Below are positions 25,209-39,269 of a DNA stretch of 64,000 bases, one piece after another. Below the pieces are notes generated by a model that saw only the letters and a list, made by a program, of their open reading frames with translations, ran no database searches and was not told where the DNA came from. This DNA is from the human T2T-CHM13v2.0 reference genome, Homo sapiens. Position 1 is the stretch's first letter. Every line of letters begins with the position of its first letter. Position numbers and translations under genes: made by a program. The stretch lies in NCBI RefSeq assembly GCF_009914755.1, contig NC_060941.1; one strand, 5' to 3'.

Positions 25209-26430
25209 TTGGAGAACAAGCCCTTCCTCTCCTCGCCAACAGTCAACTCTCTCCGCCGCCCCTAAAATCATGGCCCGCTAGGCTCAGACCTGGCCACCCT
25301 GAGAGGCTCAAGATCAACCATCTGGTGCCCACCTCTCTTCCTGCTGCTGGGCACTAGAGACCACATCCTACAGAGAAAGGGAAATCCAGAGGCAGCTATC
25401 AGACCGCATCCTGGGCCCCTAACACACAGAGAAATTCACACAGAGAGCAAGATAAATCATTCAGAGAGCAGTCAAGTGCAGCCCCATCCCCTGCCTGTCA
25501 TAAAACCACACCCCGGAATTAAGAGGCTCATTCTCTTTTCGGATATTTGGAAGTCGGGAGGAGGGGAGAAAACAGAAAAACTCATTCTAACAAGAGGTCT
25601 GAAGTTGCCTCCAAAGGTCAAGAATCTTAAGACTTGGCCATTCTGCAAAGAACTATTTGTCTTTGAAGCCTCAAAGAGAAAGTACTCCAGGGCCCCAGTA
25701 CTCCCGGGCCAAGATCTCTTCTCCATCAGCACTAACAAAATAATCAACTGAAGTCTGACCCTCGGACTCATGAGCATTTAAAACCTGGATTAATATGCCA
25801 GCAAGCTCTAAAGGTAAGGGTCCTTCATTTGGGAAAGTCACAGGACCTTCCCTAGTTAGAGGCCTTTCTTGCTGGGTAAATATCTAATTCTACAAAGGGA
25901 ACCACAAGCTCAGTTAAGCCAATTGCTGGCTCTTATCTTAACAGAAAAGTTCAAAAAAAAATCCCACTTACCCCTCAATGGGTGCACATATTATTTCCTG
26001 TGCCTCCACCACAACCCAGCTGCCTCCCTAGCCACATTAATTCCACCCTCTACTGATTAGTGGTGAAGTGACCCCTTCCAAAACCGGCGCTTAGTGGATC
26101 TGGTGACTCAGAGGCATCAAAAGCTGCTGTCCTCTCTCTCTCTCTCAACCTCTTCTGAGACACTAGCCCGGGATAATAAGTAACCCACATTAGTGAATAC
26201 TGCTTGCCACTGTTTGAAGTCAGCACTGGAAGACTGCAGGTATTTACTGTATGTGCATCGCTTTCCCCCTGTTTCAACAACAAAAAGCAAGATCAAAAAG
26301 GGTTCATGGCCAGCAGTCCTAACTCAACAGACCTGTCAGTCTCTGCAGCACACCCATCCACCCATCCACCATACTTAAAACATCTGCAAAGTCCACAGCA
26401 TCAGCCCACCCGCCCCCGTCAAAGTCTTAC

Positions 26431-27245
26431 CTGTATCCACTGTCAACAGTTTCCGTGGACCTCACACTCGCCGTGGCCCTCAGAGTTTTGCTGGACAAGC
26501 CAACCACGGTTGGCGAAAGTTTGCACTTGAAGTCGGCACAAGTCCACTCCTCTTCTTCATTCAAGGTGGGGAGATAGCCACACACGACCTTTAGGCTCCC
26601 GAGTCCCCCATTACTCATGTAAGCTGTGTTTTCTCCCCCACTCCTCACATATTCGAGGTATATATCAGAAGTCAAAAACATCTGGTAGGCATTTTCCTCC
26701 ATCACCGACTGGATCTCGGTCTGCGCCTGGTCAAACATGATGGAATCAATCTGCTGCTTCTTGATGCCATCTCTTATGTAGGTCTTGGTGGCAGGCTTCA
26801 GCTGCTTGGAGACAATGCTGTTGTTCTCAATGTACCTTTTGTAGATCGCTTTGGCTACTCGTAAAGTTTTGGTATCCTTCAGGTTCATCTGCCTGAATCC
26901 ATTGCAGGCAAACCAGAAGTCTAAGGTATCCACGCATTTCTCCCTCTCCAGGAAAGTTCGGAACAGGTAAGCACCGTCTTGATCGCCCAATAAGGAGTGT
27001 AAGGACTTGGTCCACCGGGTCAGAGGGGAATCCGGAGATGCCCGCCCCTCCGGCTCCCCCAACCCATCTTCGTTCCGCCTGGTGTTGGAAGAGACAGACA
27101 TGGGTTTGGTGACCTGGCCCTTGCCCACCCCTGGCTGACACGGTGGGGTCTCCCCTTCTTCCCCTGGCACTGGGGGCCGCGGGGCATCCTCACGGAAGCT
27201 GCTGCTGGGGTCCGGGAGGCAAGTCACCAACATAGCGCTACTCAT
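26431..27245 (-). CDS. AXIN2: AXIN2 exon 2 coding part (815 nt): tankyrase-binding motif RPPVPGEE and RGS (APC-binding) domain
   Basis: ACC ATG at 27245; [37 protein letters not shown] is the RGS signature; donor AG|GTAAGA at 26430. Confidence 0.98.
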
Positions 27246-27361
27246 GGTGAGGGAGCTCTTCCCACTGAGTCTGGGAATTTTTCTTCTTCCAGTTCCTCTC
27301 AGCAATCGGCGTGGTCTCTCTGTCTCTCTCAAGTCAGCAGGGGCTCATCTGAACCTCCTCT
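27246..27361 (-). other. AXIN2: AXIN2 exon 2 5'UTR part (116 nt)
   Basis: Acceptor TTTTCTTTCCAG| ending at 27362 with a polypyrimidine tract. Confidence 0.9.
27334..27348 (-). other. uORF in exon 2 (MSPC*)
   Basis: ATG AGC CCC TGC TGA, out of frame with the main ATG. Confidence 0.7.
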
Positions 27362-29384
27362 CTGGAAAGAAAAGGAAGGGGGGAGGTGGGGAGAGAGAAA
27401 AGGGTATTGATCTAATCAAAACCAGATCTACCCAACATCAAAGCAAGAAAGTAAACAGGCTTTTCAACTCCTCAAATTCAAATCAAGCAACCCAGCTATC
27501 TGCGAGGTGCTCATCTAAAGTATCAGGCGCTGCTTTTCAAAAGCGAAATCTGAGCTCCCTGCACACTTTTCGGGGTTGGGGGTGGGAGGGAGCTGTTGGG
27601 AAAGAGGCGGGGAAGGTGAGAGGAAGGCAAGAGCTGGGGACGGCAGGGGGACAGTGGAGGTGTAAGACACAACCTTCCAAAAACCCACTCGGCCAGGGCG
27701 CACGCAGGGCAGCTCAGCCCGCGCCTCGCCTTCCCTCCCTTCCCCTCCCCCGATACCATCAACTCCAAAAAGGCGCACTCCCAGCCGCTAGGCTGTGTGC
27801 AGGTGAAACCAATTTCGGTATATTTCCCCACTCGGCCCTGCACAGATAACTCGAGCTCCCAACGTGCCCTTCCCCGGCATCTGGTTCCCATTCTCCCCAC
27901 CCACCCCCTCCCTCTGCGCTCCCTCTTCCCACTCCTTAAAAATTCAGAAGATCCTGGCCCAAGAGAAGCCCGCCCAGCATAGGCGGATTGGGCTCCCGGA
28001 CTCCCAGATTCAGCACGCAAACACCCCCTCCCCAACTCAGATTTGAGTGTTCGCTACGCGCCCCCTACCCCCACCAAGAATCCAGCTCAGTCAACACCTC
28101 TGTCTTCCCTGACCTCCCCCCAAACCAGAAACCAACTCACTCAGGGGAGACTTTCATCTTCAAACTTTGAGAGAGAGCTGAGAAGCCTCGGAACCGTCGC
28201 CCCCGTGCCCCCAACCCACCTCCCGGATCCGCGAAACCTACAAAACTGGATCACCAGCCGTCTCACGCCACTACTGCCTGTGCCAAGAATCCCAAACTCT
28301 ACTGATTTCAAGCCTGTCTTTTTTCCAAAGAAAAAAGTCTTATCTAACCAATAAACAAGCTGCTTTCCCTAGCACGGAAAAGATCAAACTAAGAAGGGTA
28401 GGGGCTGAACGGGGTGCAACCCCGGGCGAGAAGCCAGGGACCCCGGATCTGGGATGGGTGCACGCTGAACCCGACCAGAGCCTCGAGCCGCGGGGCTGGG
28501 CGGCGCGGCCCACGGAGAAGTGGGGCTGCCGTTAGCACCGCGCTACCCGGGCGGTGGGAGGTGGAGCGGCCCCGTTACCTGGAAGACGAAGGCCGCCGAG
28601 GCCAGGCTCTCATGTCCTCCGAGCCCCTCCGGCCCGGTCCCCCGGCCCAAATGCAACTGAACGCCTCCAGAGCCCTGGCGGGCACACCTCGAGGCCGGAA
28701 CCCCGGGACACGCCAGCAGCGCCCCGAGCCCGGGCGGGGGGTCGGTCCCCGGCGCCGCCGTTTGCAGAGGCGCCCGCAGAAAAAGCACAGAAAGCAGCAG
28801 CCTAGTCCAGAAATGGCGACGCGCGGAGTCTCTGCCTCTCCGCAAAAGGGGCCGGGGCGGCCACGGGCGAGGGGCCCGGGCCGGGAGGAGGGACGCGAGG
28901 GACACGGGCGCCCCGGACTTGGGCCGGTCCTGCGCGCAGACTGAGCCTCCGCCAGCGCTGTGGGCCCCTTAGCGCGGACCCGCGGCAGGGAGGGGAAAAG
29001 GGGAGGGGGAAGAGAAGTAGGAGGAGAGGATGGGGCGGAGGAGAGGCGGGGGGCGGGGGAGGGCAAGCGGGGGGCGCCGCTACCCTTTCATCCCACCTCC
29101 CAAAGGCACTCCCGCGCGCACTCACACGCCGACTCACATCCATAACCGCGACAGCGACGCGACCCCCGGGGGGTATCTGCCCCCTCTCCGCCCCCGCCAC
29201 TGCCGCCACTCGGATAAGTCTCCTCTCTGGGCCCCCCGCCAACCCGGTCACCGCGCTGGGGAGGGGGCTCCGGCGCAGGGCGCGCAAGGCTGCCCGGCCA
29301 AGCCCCCCGGAACGCTGGGCGCCGGGTCCGCCGCTCCCCTCCGCGCCGGCCCCTAGCGCGCCCCGAAATAGCCGGCCTGCCAAC

Positions 29385-30199
29385 TTCAAAGGGCCGCCCC
29401 GCACATCAAAGCGCGCGGTCCGCCCGGCCGCCTCGGCCTCGGCACTCACCATTGATCCCCGCGCGCGTTCGGCGGCGAGACCTCGCAGGCGCCCCTGGCA
29501 GGGGCCCGGCCCCGGCCCCCGGCTCGGCTCGCGGCGGCAGCCCCGGGCCCCCCCGGGCCGGCCGCGGCGTCGGGGAACATGGGGAGTCGTGCGGCGGGGG
29601 AGGGGGTGCGGGAAACAACAATCCCGGGTTCAGAGCGAAAGCCACCGGCCGGGGAGGGGGAACGGCGCGCCCCGCCGCCCCTTTTATGCAAAAGATCCGA
29701 GCGGGCCTCCGCCCCCGCCCGGCCCGGCTTTCAACGCAGGTCCTGTTTCCAGCAGTCACTCGGCGCACCAAATGTCCTCCGGGCGCTTCCAACAAAAACT
29801 GCGCTGTGGATTTAACTGTGCACTTCAAAGGCGCGAGCCGAGCGCACGGTCCTGAAAGGGAGGTACGCGCCGGCCGCGCCCCGGGCCGCCCCCCGCAGCC
29901 CCGCCACCGCTCCGCAGGGCCGCCCCGCCCGCGCCCCCCTCCAGGCCCGGCCTCCGCCTGGCCGGGCCCCCTCCCGCCCCCCGCGCCCACGCCGCGGCTC
30001 GGCGCGACCTCGCCCCCTGTAAGAGGGGGGCTTTCTTTGAAGCGGCTCCGCTGGGGCCGAGCTTCCACCCCCACCTTTTACAGCAGGGCCTTCGGCGGGC
30101 GCCTCGGCCGCCGGGCGGCCCCGAAATCCATCGCTCTGAGGGGTTATTTTTATTTCCCGGCTCTCGGGCTGTTACTGAGTTGCCAGGACCTTATCAAAG
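29385..30199. promoter_or_regulatory. Proximal Wnt-response element cluster (TCF/LEF motifs)
   Basis: CTTTGAW matches at 29385, 29405, 29824, 30035 and 30193 (another at 27437); AXIN2 is an established direct TCF/LEF target. Confidence 0.85.
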
Positions 30200-30273
30200 C
30201 GCAGCCGGCTCCAGCCGACTCCCCCGGGCCAGGCTCGCGGAGCCAGTGATCCCGCCGCGCCAATCACAGCCGC
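30075..30273 (-). other. AXIN2: AXIN2 main non-coding exon 1 (5' end approximate)
   Basis: Donor AAG|GTGGGG at 30074; lies just downstream of a GC-box cluster; agrees with my recollection of the mRNA 5'UTR. Confidence 0.8.
30078..30131 (-). other. uORF in exon 1 (MDFGAARRPRRPPKALL*)
   Basis: GCG ATG G (strong Kozak context) to TAA, ending 3 nt before the donor. Confidence 0.7.
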
Positions 30274-31292
30274 GCTCGGCCGGCCCGCGCCGCCCGCCTT
30301 AAAGGGACAGCGCCCCGCGCCCGCCCCGCCCCGCCCCGGCCCGCCCCCGCCGCACGCTCCGCTCCCGCGTTAACCCTTCCCCGGCCTCTCCTCCGCCCCC
30401 TGCCAGCCCCCCGCGGCCCCGAGGGCGTTCTCAGCCCGAGTTCTGATTTCTTCTTTTAAGTTCTCCGGCCTCTTTGCTCCCGCCTCCTCCCCCTGCCTGC
30501 CCTCGCTCTCCCCGGCTCTGGAATGCAACAGTTTCTGGTAGCATTATGGCCATCGCAAGAACTGCAAGCAAGCAGATTTTTTTTTTTCTATCATCAAACG
30601 CTTTTCTACCTCTATTCAAGTTTCCCTGGGAATTTGGGCTTGGAGGACTTTATAAAGGGAGTTCCGGCCCTGGGGTTGGCTGGCCCGCTGTCATAGGGCG
30701 GACTCGGGCCCAGCCGCTGGAGGCGTGTGCATGCCTGTGCGCGCTTGTGCACGTGCATCTGAGTTCGGGTAAATATAGGACTGCAGTTGGTGGATGAATT
30801 GCGTTTGTGCATGTGTGAAAGTGGGGTGTGAATCCGCCAGTATAGGCCTGAGTGCTAACACCAGTTAGGAGGCATACCTCAGTGCCCTGAAGACCTAGGT
30901 CCAGCTTCCTAACCTGCTGGCCATAAGACCCTCGTAGCGGCACACATTGGCCATCTCTCCCAAACAACTGCATACCCGTTACTCTTCCAAAGTCCCCTCT
31001 TCTGCCATATGTTACATATTAAACCGATAGGAATATCTTTTTTCCCACTCCAAACGACAAGGCATGCATGCCGTTTTAATGTATCGAAAACTCCTCACCC
31101 CATTGTCACCTTTGAATTTCTCCCACATTTGCCCAAAAACGTTTATAAGGCACACACAACCTTCTCTTCTCCGTTAAAATGAGAAAATATGTCACAAACC
31201 CAGAGCATTGTGTATTTATTCTGCTGCTGCTATAGAATGATTCCTTATGTTATGAGCGAATAATTAACTTTTCTTCCTTTTAAAAAACAAAG

Positions 31293-31581
31293 GGCCGGGG
31301 ACGGTGGCTCATGCCTGTAATCCCAGCATTTTGGGAGGCCCATGCTGGAGGATCATCTGAGGTCAGGAGTTCGAGACCAGCCTGCCTAATATGGCGAAAC
31401 CCCGTCTCTACTAAAAATACAAAAATCAGCCGGGTGTGGTGGCACGTGCCTGTAGTCCCAGCTACTCGGGAGGCTGAGGCAGGAGAATCGCTTGAACCTA
31501 GGAGACGGGGGTGGGGGGGTTGCAGTGAGCCAAGATGGCACCACTGCACGCCAGGCTGGGTGACAAAGCGAGACTCCCTCA

Positions 31582-31598
<17 letters not shown>
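31293..31598 (+). mobile_element. Alu followed by (CA)10
   Basis: Alu consensus. Confidence 0.95.
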
Positions 31599-31612
<14 letters not shown>

Positions 31613-31815
31613 CACACATAAAGGTGTGAACCAAAGAGATCCAAGAAGTGAAAGGCAGAGTCCTGGCCTCAGAGCTGTGCAAGGCTCTTACTCTCCAACT
31701 TAATGGATGACGAGCCCTTTTAAATGCGAGATGGCCTGTCATTAGGCCTTCAGAACTTTAAAACATGCAAGAATTGTGGCTCTATCTAGGTATCCATAGA
31801 AAAAGAGAAGGAAGA

Positions 31816-32095
31816 GGCTGGGTGTGGTGGCTCACCCGTGTAATCCCAGCACTTCGGGAGGCCAAGGCAGGCGGATCACCTGAGGTCAGGCATTCGAGAC
31901 CAGCCTGGCCAACATAGTGAAACCCTGTCCCTACTAAAACTACAAATATTAGCCAGGCGTGGTGGGGGGCGCCTGTAGTCCCAGCTACTCGGGAGGCTGA
32001 GGCAGGAGAATCATTTAAACACAGGAGGTTAAGGTTGCAGTGAGCCTGGGCGACAGAGCAAGACTCCATCTCAAAAAAAAAAAAGAAAAGAAAAA
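31816..32095 (+). mobile_element. Alu
   Basis: Alu consensus. Confidence 0.93.
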
Positions 32096-32712
32096 GAGGA
32101 GGAAGATCCACCACCCATGATCTGCTGGAAAGGGGCAGGTGGCAGGACTGTGCGCCACCTGCCCTCAGCCTAAGGGGCTGTGACAAGGGACTAGAAAGCT
32201 CTTAGACTTTCTAGTCTAAGACTCTGGACTCTGGCTCGTGGGTGCCATGACAGGTGGCCGCTCCTCCCCAAAACCTGCCTTTCGGTGCCCATGGTCTGCA
32301 GCTCCAGGCTCTCGACCCCAGGCAGCCAGGTTGGCATAAAGACAGCAGTACCAGCCCTGAAATGTGGCCCTGAAGCCAGCCAGGAAGGCCAGGGAAAGAG
32401 TGTGGCCCGATGACTCATCTTTGCCTTAGGACAACTGCTGGTGTGAGGAAACCAGTGGGCTCTAAAAGCCCCGGCCTGCTGGTATTCTGGGGGGTCAGTG
32501 GCCCATGGACCCTCTTAGCCACCAGCTCTGAGCTGGCCCAGGGCCAAGAACACAGCCACCACCTTTGGCCACCCCAGGAGTGCCAAGAGTAAAACTGTCA
32601 CTGTGGTTCCAGGGAGTCTTTGGGCCACAGAGGGTGTTATTACTGGAACAGAAATGTAGGCAGAGGGGTATGGATTGCCATAAAAGTGTCTACCATATAA
32701 ACAACAGTAAAG

Positions 32713-32713
<1 letters not shown>

Positions 32714-32761
<48 letters not shown>
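32714..32761 (+). repeat. (CA)24 microsatellite
   Basis: Direct count. Confidence 0.95.
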
Positions 32762-32763
<2 letters not shown>

Positions 32764-32935
32764 GTGGGGGGTGGGGGAGAGAGAAAAATCAAAACATCTA
32801 AAATCAAAATAAACAATGTTCAGAAAAAAGAGGTTTTCAAAAAGGAAGTGGAAACTTGGTCTTTGTGGGTGGTTTTCCTCTCCTCCCAGTTGTCCCCACC
32901 GACCCGTCACTGCCTCCCCCAACCAGCCCTAATCA

Positions 32936-33475
<540 letters not shown>

Positions 33476-34530
33476 CTACAGCTTTATATCTGGTGGGACA
33501 CTTCCCTCCCAGCAGGAGGCTGGGCCAAGTACTGGAAAGCCCTCTCTCTAGCCTCTGGGTCTCTGACTACTTGTTGATAATATTTCTAGAGGAGAATCCA
33601 AAGTCCTGTGCTTATAGCAGCCCGTTTCTCAAGATAGCACGTTTTCCATTTTCCCCTTGTCCCTGGCAGCAGCGCTATCATGTGACTTGTTGTAATCCTG
33701 CACGGTTGCCTGGAAACTGGAAAGCAAGGTGATGGATTTCTGCACATGCTCACTCGCCCCCCGCTCCACCTTTAAAGAAAAACCCTACGGAGGATAAACA
33801 GTCCACTTTGCCTAAGTGCAGACAAGTTTAATAAAGCAGAGAGTGATTCTTTGCTGGAATTATATACTGGGCTGAAATCCTAGAATCCCAGAAAACAAGG
33901 ACTAAGGGCTCCCTGGGAGGCATCTGGCCAGATCTCTGACCTTTAGTCAGCCCCACAAAAACCACTGTGGAGGGGAAGTCACACCAGCTGGGACTTCAGA
34001 GGAGCTGAGACCCAGGACACTGCTCTCTCAGATTCAGTAACTTTGTCTTTTATTCCTTTGGAAAAGTGCTGCCTTAGACAATGTACCTTTGTTTGGGGAG
34101 GAAGGTGAAGAGAGACACAGGTAACCTTTCCTAAGACTGGAGGTTACCTAACCACACTGAGTTTCCATTTGTTCACCTGTAGACTGGAAGAAACCTCCCC
34201 TGCAAAGGCTGTTGTGAGCCTGAGCAATACGATAAATGCCTGGCACAGAGCTGGACACACAATAGAACATGGCGGTTATTTTCACAGAGTAAGTCTGTTC
34301 CCTCAATAGCCTGTTACCTATTCTGGGAAGAAACTCCCTATCTCCAAAGCAAAGATACCGTCCATTGGGAGTGACGATCTGGGGAAGAATGACCCCAGGA
34401 GGCTGACCATAGGGGGCCTAAAGGAGATAAAGGAGGCTGTGCCCTGCTACCATCTTTCAAGGATAGTCCTATGCAGAAAGAAATAAGCCCAGGGGCCATT
34501 CAAGAGTTATCTAGTCCAACCCTTCATTTA

Positions 34531-34911
<381 letters not shown>

Positions 34912-35388
34912 TCAGAGATGAGCTGGAACTTCTGAGGGGTCCTGACTCCTGGCCCAGCCTCTTTTTCCTCCACACCATAGTGAGGAGACCCAGGGAGGGG
35001 CTGGCTGAGATGGAGGGGGTGAGACCATCTGGAGGTCTTGACTTTTACAACAGGACTAATACATACAATCTGGGATACTTTCCTGAAAGAATCACAACAG
35101 GGCTTCTGTCTGAAATCCCTCTAAGGCACGCTTCATCCAGCCCCTACCTGTAGGTAGGTTGCCTTGGCTCTGCCAGCTGGGCTACCCACAGCCTGATCTG
35201 GGACAGTTTGACCCACGTCTTTTAGAGTGGCAGCCATTTACATGGGCATCTCCGTGGAGTTGATCCACCTAAGGAGGAATGGACCTACTTCCTCTCCCCT
35301 TTGCAGAGGAGGGACTGGGAATGCCAAGGTGGAGATTTTGAAGCCACAAGGGGAAAAGTAAGGTTTCCCTAAGAAATCCCATCTTCAA

Positions 35389-35695
<307 letters not shown>

Positions 35696-35826
35696 TCAGA
35701 AGTGTTGGGGGAATTTATTTGTTGATAAAATATCTTTTTTTAATATGAAATTTAAAACACAGTTAAACAGTAATTTAAAACTTCCTAACTGGACTGACTT
35801 TCAAGTGCTTTTATTATGGATTGTAA

Positions 35827-36328
<502 letters not shown>

Positions 36329-36608
36329 CAGAGGTTCTGTTTTCTTAAGTGATCTTCTCCACAGTGAGAGACACCAAAACAAAGGGCGAGGTTGGGGGAG
36401 AAAACAGCCCCGAAAGGTCATTTTTAGAAAAGGAACTGGAAAATAGAAAGGAATCCCCCTAAAGTCGTCACGCCAACCTGCGACGCGTGTTCCTAAACCG
36501 CCCCCCGTAGACATTTTTCTCACCTTCTGATATCTTATTTTGCTCATTTTAAACAACTTCTGGAAAGCAAAGTTTAGCTGAGCTTGAAATAAGTTGCCTT
36601 ATTCACCT

Positions 36609-36905
36609 CTGGGCACAGTGGCTCATGCCTGTAATCCCAGTACTTTGGGAGGCCGAGGCGGGTGGATCACGAGGTCAGATAGAGCCCATCCTGGCTAATA
36701 TGGTGAAACCCCGTCTCTACTAAAAAAAATACAAAAAGTTAGCCGGGCGTGGTGGCACGCGCCTGTAATCCCAGCTACTTGGAAGGGTGAGCAGGAGAAT
36801 AGTTTGAACTCGGGAGGTGGAGGTTGCAGTGAGCCGAGATGGCGTCACTGCACTCCAGCCTGGGGGACAGAGCAAGACTCTGTCTCAAAAAAAAAAAAAA
36901 AGAAA
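36609..36905 (+). mobile_element. Alu
   Basis: Alu consensus. Confidence 0.93.
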
Positions 36906-37273
36906 CCTGGGCCACATCTAGACTCCGCCTTCTCCCTCAAACGCCTCCATTCATTCACCCAGCCCTGTTGATTCTGCCTCTAAAAAAATCTCCCACCACC
37001 ACCTCCTGCTCCGCAAATCCACAACTGCTATCAGGGCCCTTGCCAGGGACAGCCAAATGTTCTAATGATGCTTCACACCTACAGTTTATAGCCCTAACCC
37101 CTGACCCCCCTCACGCAGTGCTGCAATGGTAAACGCTGTGCAGTGCAGAGCCACCCATGTCATTCTCCTGCTTCAGATCCTCCCCGGCTGCACATAACCT
37201 TCAGGATAAGGCCCAGAACCCTATGTGTGGTGCACAGGTAGCCGGCCCAAGCCCAGGCCCTTTTCCAGCTCTA

Positions 37274-37592
37274 TTTCTTTTTCTATCTTTTTTTGTTTGT
37301 TTGTTTGAGATGGAGGAGCCTCGCTCTTGTTGCCCAGGCTGGAATGCAGTGGCCCAATCTTGGCTCACTGGAACTTCCGCCTCCCAGGTTGAAGTGATTC
37401 TCCTGCCTCAGCCTCCAGAGTAGCTGCGACTACAGGCGCATGCCACCACGTCTGGCTAATTTTCATATTTTTAGTAGAGACGGGGATTCACCATGTTGGC
37501 TAGGCTGGTCTTGATCTCCTGACCTCAGGTGATCCACCCACCTCGGCCTCCCAAAGTACAGGAATTACAGGCGTGAGCCACCATGCCTGGCC
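37274..37592 (-). mobile_element. Alu
   Basis: Alu consensus; TSD tccagctstatttctt. Confidence 0.93.
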
Positions 37593-38025
37593 CTCCAGCT
37601 GTATTTCTTGCTGACACCCCCTTGTCCCTACCATATGCATGGTGGATTGCCTCTCCTTTTCCTCCCTGGCCGACTGCCCTCCCTCTGCCACTTCTTCAGT
37701 CCTCTCCCACCTCATCCCCCGAGACCGGGCTAGAGCCCATCCTCCTACTTCTGTGGCATCTGGGGCTCACCTCTAGCAAACACTGTGGTTGATCTACTTC
37801 TCTGTCCCACCCACTCAACCATGAACTCTCTGAGGACAGGGACCGTGTTTTGTGATACTTGCATCCCTTGAACTAGATTGTGGGAAGGAGGGACCTGGGC
37901 GATATTTAATAGCTGGTGAAACCTGTGTACCGGCCAATCAGAACTGATACCAGCCTAGGGTCTGGAACAGGGTCTTGGAAACCCCCTGCCAGAGTCAAGC
38001 CAGTAGTCGCTGTGTCATGAGGAGC

Positions 38026-38420
38026 TGTGGTTGGCATCCTCTAAGTTGGGCCCTAATGATCCCTGCTTCCTAGTTCCACACCCTGCATACTTCCCTCCCC
38101 TTGAGCATGGATAGCATTTGACTCTCTCCTAATAAATAGAGTATGGCTGATGTGACAGCACATCCACTCCACATCAGGCTATCGAAAGGCTGCGATTCCT
38201 TCCTTAGGTGCTTTCCCTAGAATCTTGAGGCATCCCTGTTGAGGGACCCGTGTGACGAGGGACAAGCCCTGCCACCAACCAAGTGATCTCAGAAGCCGAA
38301 CGCCACCTAGGCAAGCCTTGACATGATGCAGGTCCAGCTGCTGGCTTGCTGGTAGCCTCATGGAAACCTCAAGGAGGAGGCACCCGGCTAAGCCATGTCC
38401 AGATTCTGGACCCACAGATG
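38026..38420 (+). mobile_element. MaLR (MLT1-like) LTR fragment
   Basis: tgtggttggc...ctaagttgggccctaatgatccc...gctaagccatgtccagattctggacccacaga. Confidence 0.55.
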
Positions 38421-38547
38421 AAGATGTATCCTCTGGGGAGGGGAGTGGTGAAAACTGACCTGCTGATGAGACTTCGCCCTGTCAGTTAACATTGCTAATG
38501 GTAAGAACCCAGTTGCAAGACATACAGGTTGTGAATCTTTTCTATAC

Positions 38548-39269
<722 letters not shown>

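Larger units (their letters stand above)
28400..30520. promoter_or_regulatory. CpG island / AXIN2 promoter and proximal intron 1
   Basis: Very high GC and CpG density; tandem GC boxes (CCGCCC) ~30310-30350; CCAAT at 30260. Confidence 0.92.

Noticed and set aside
28414-30249. Long ORFs (up to 265 aa) on both strands
   Set aside because: Stop-codon scarcity in a CpG island; Pro/Gly/Arg/Ala-biased with no domain.
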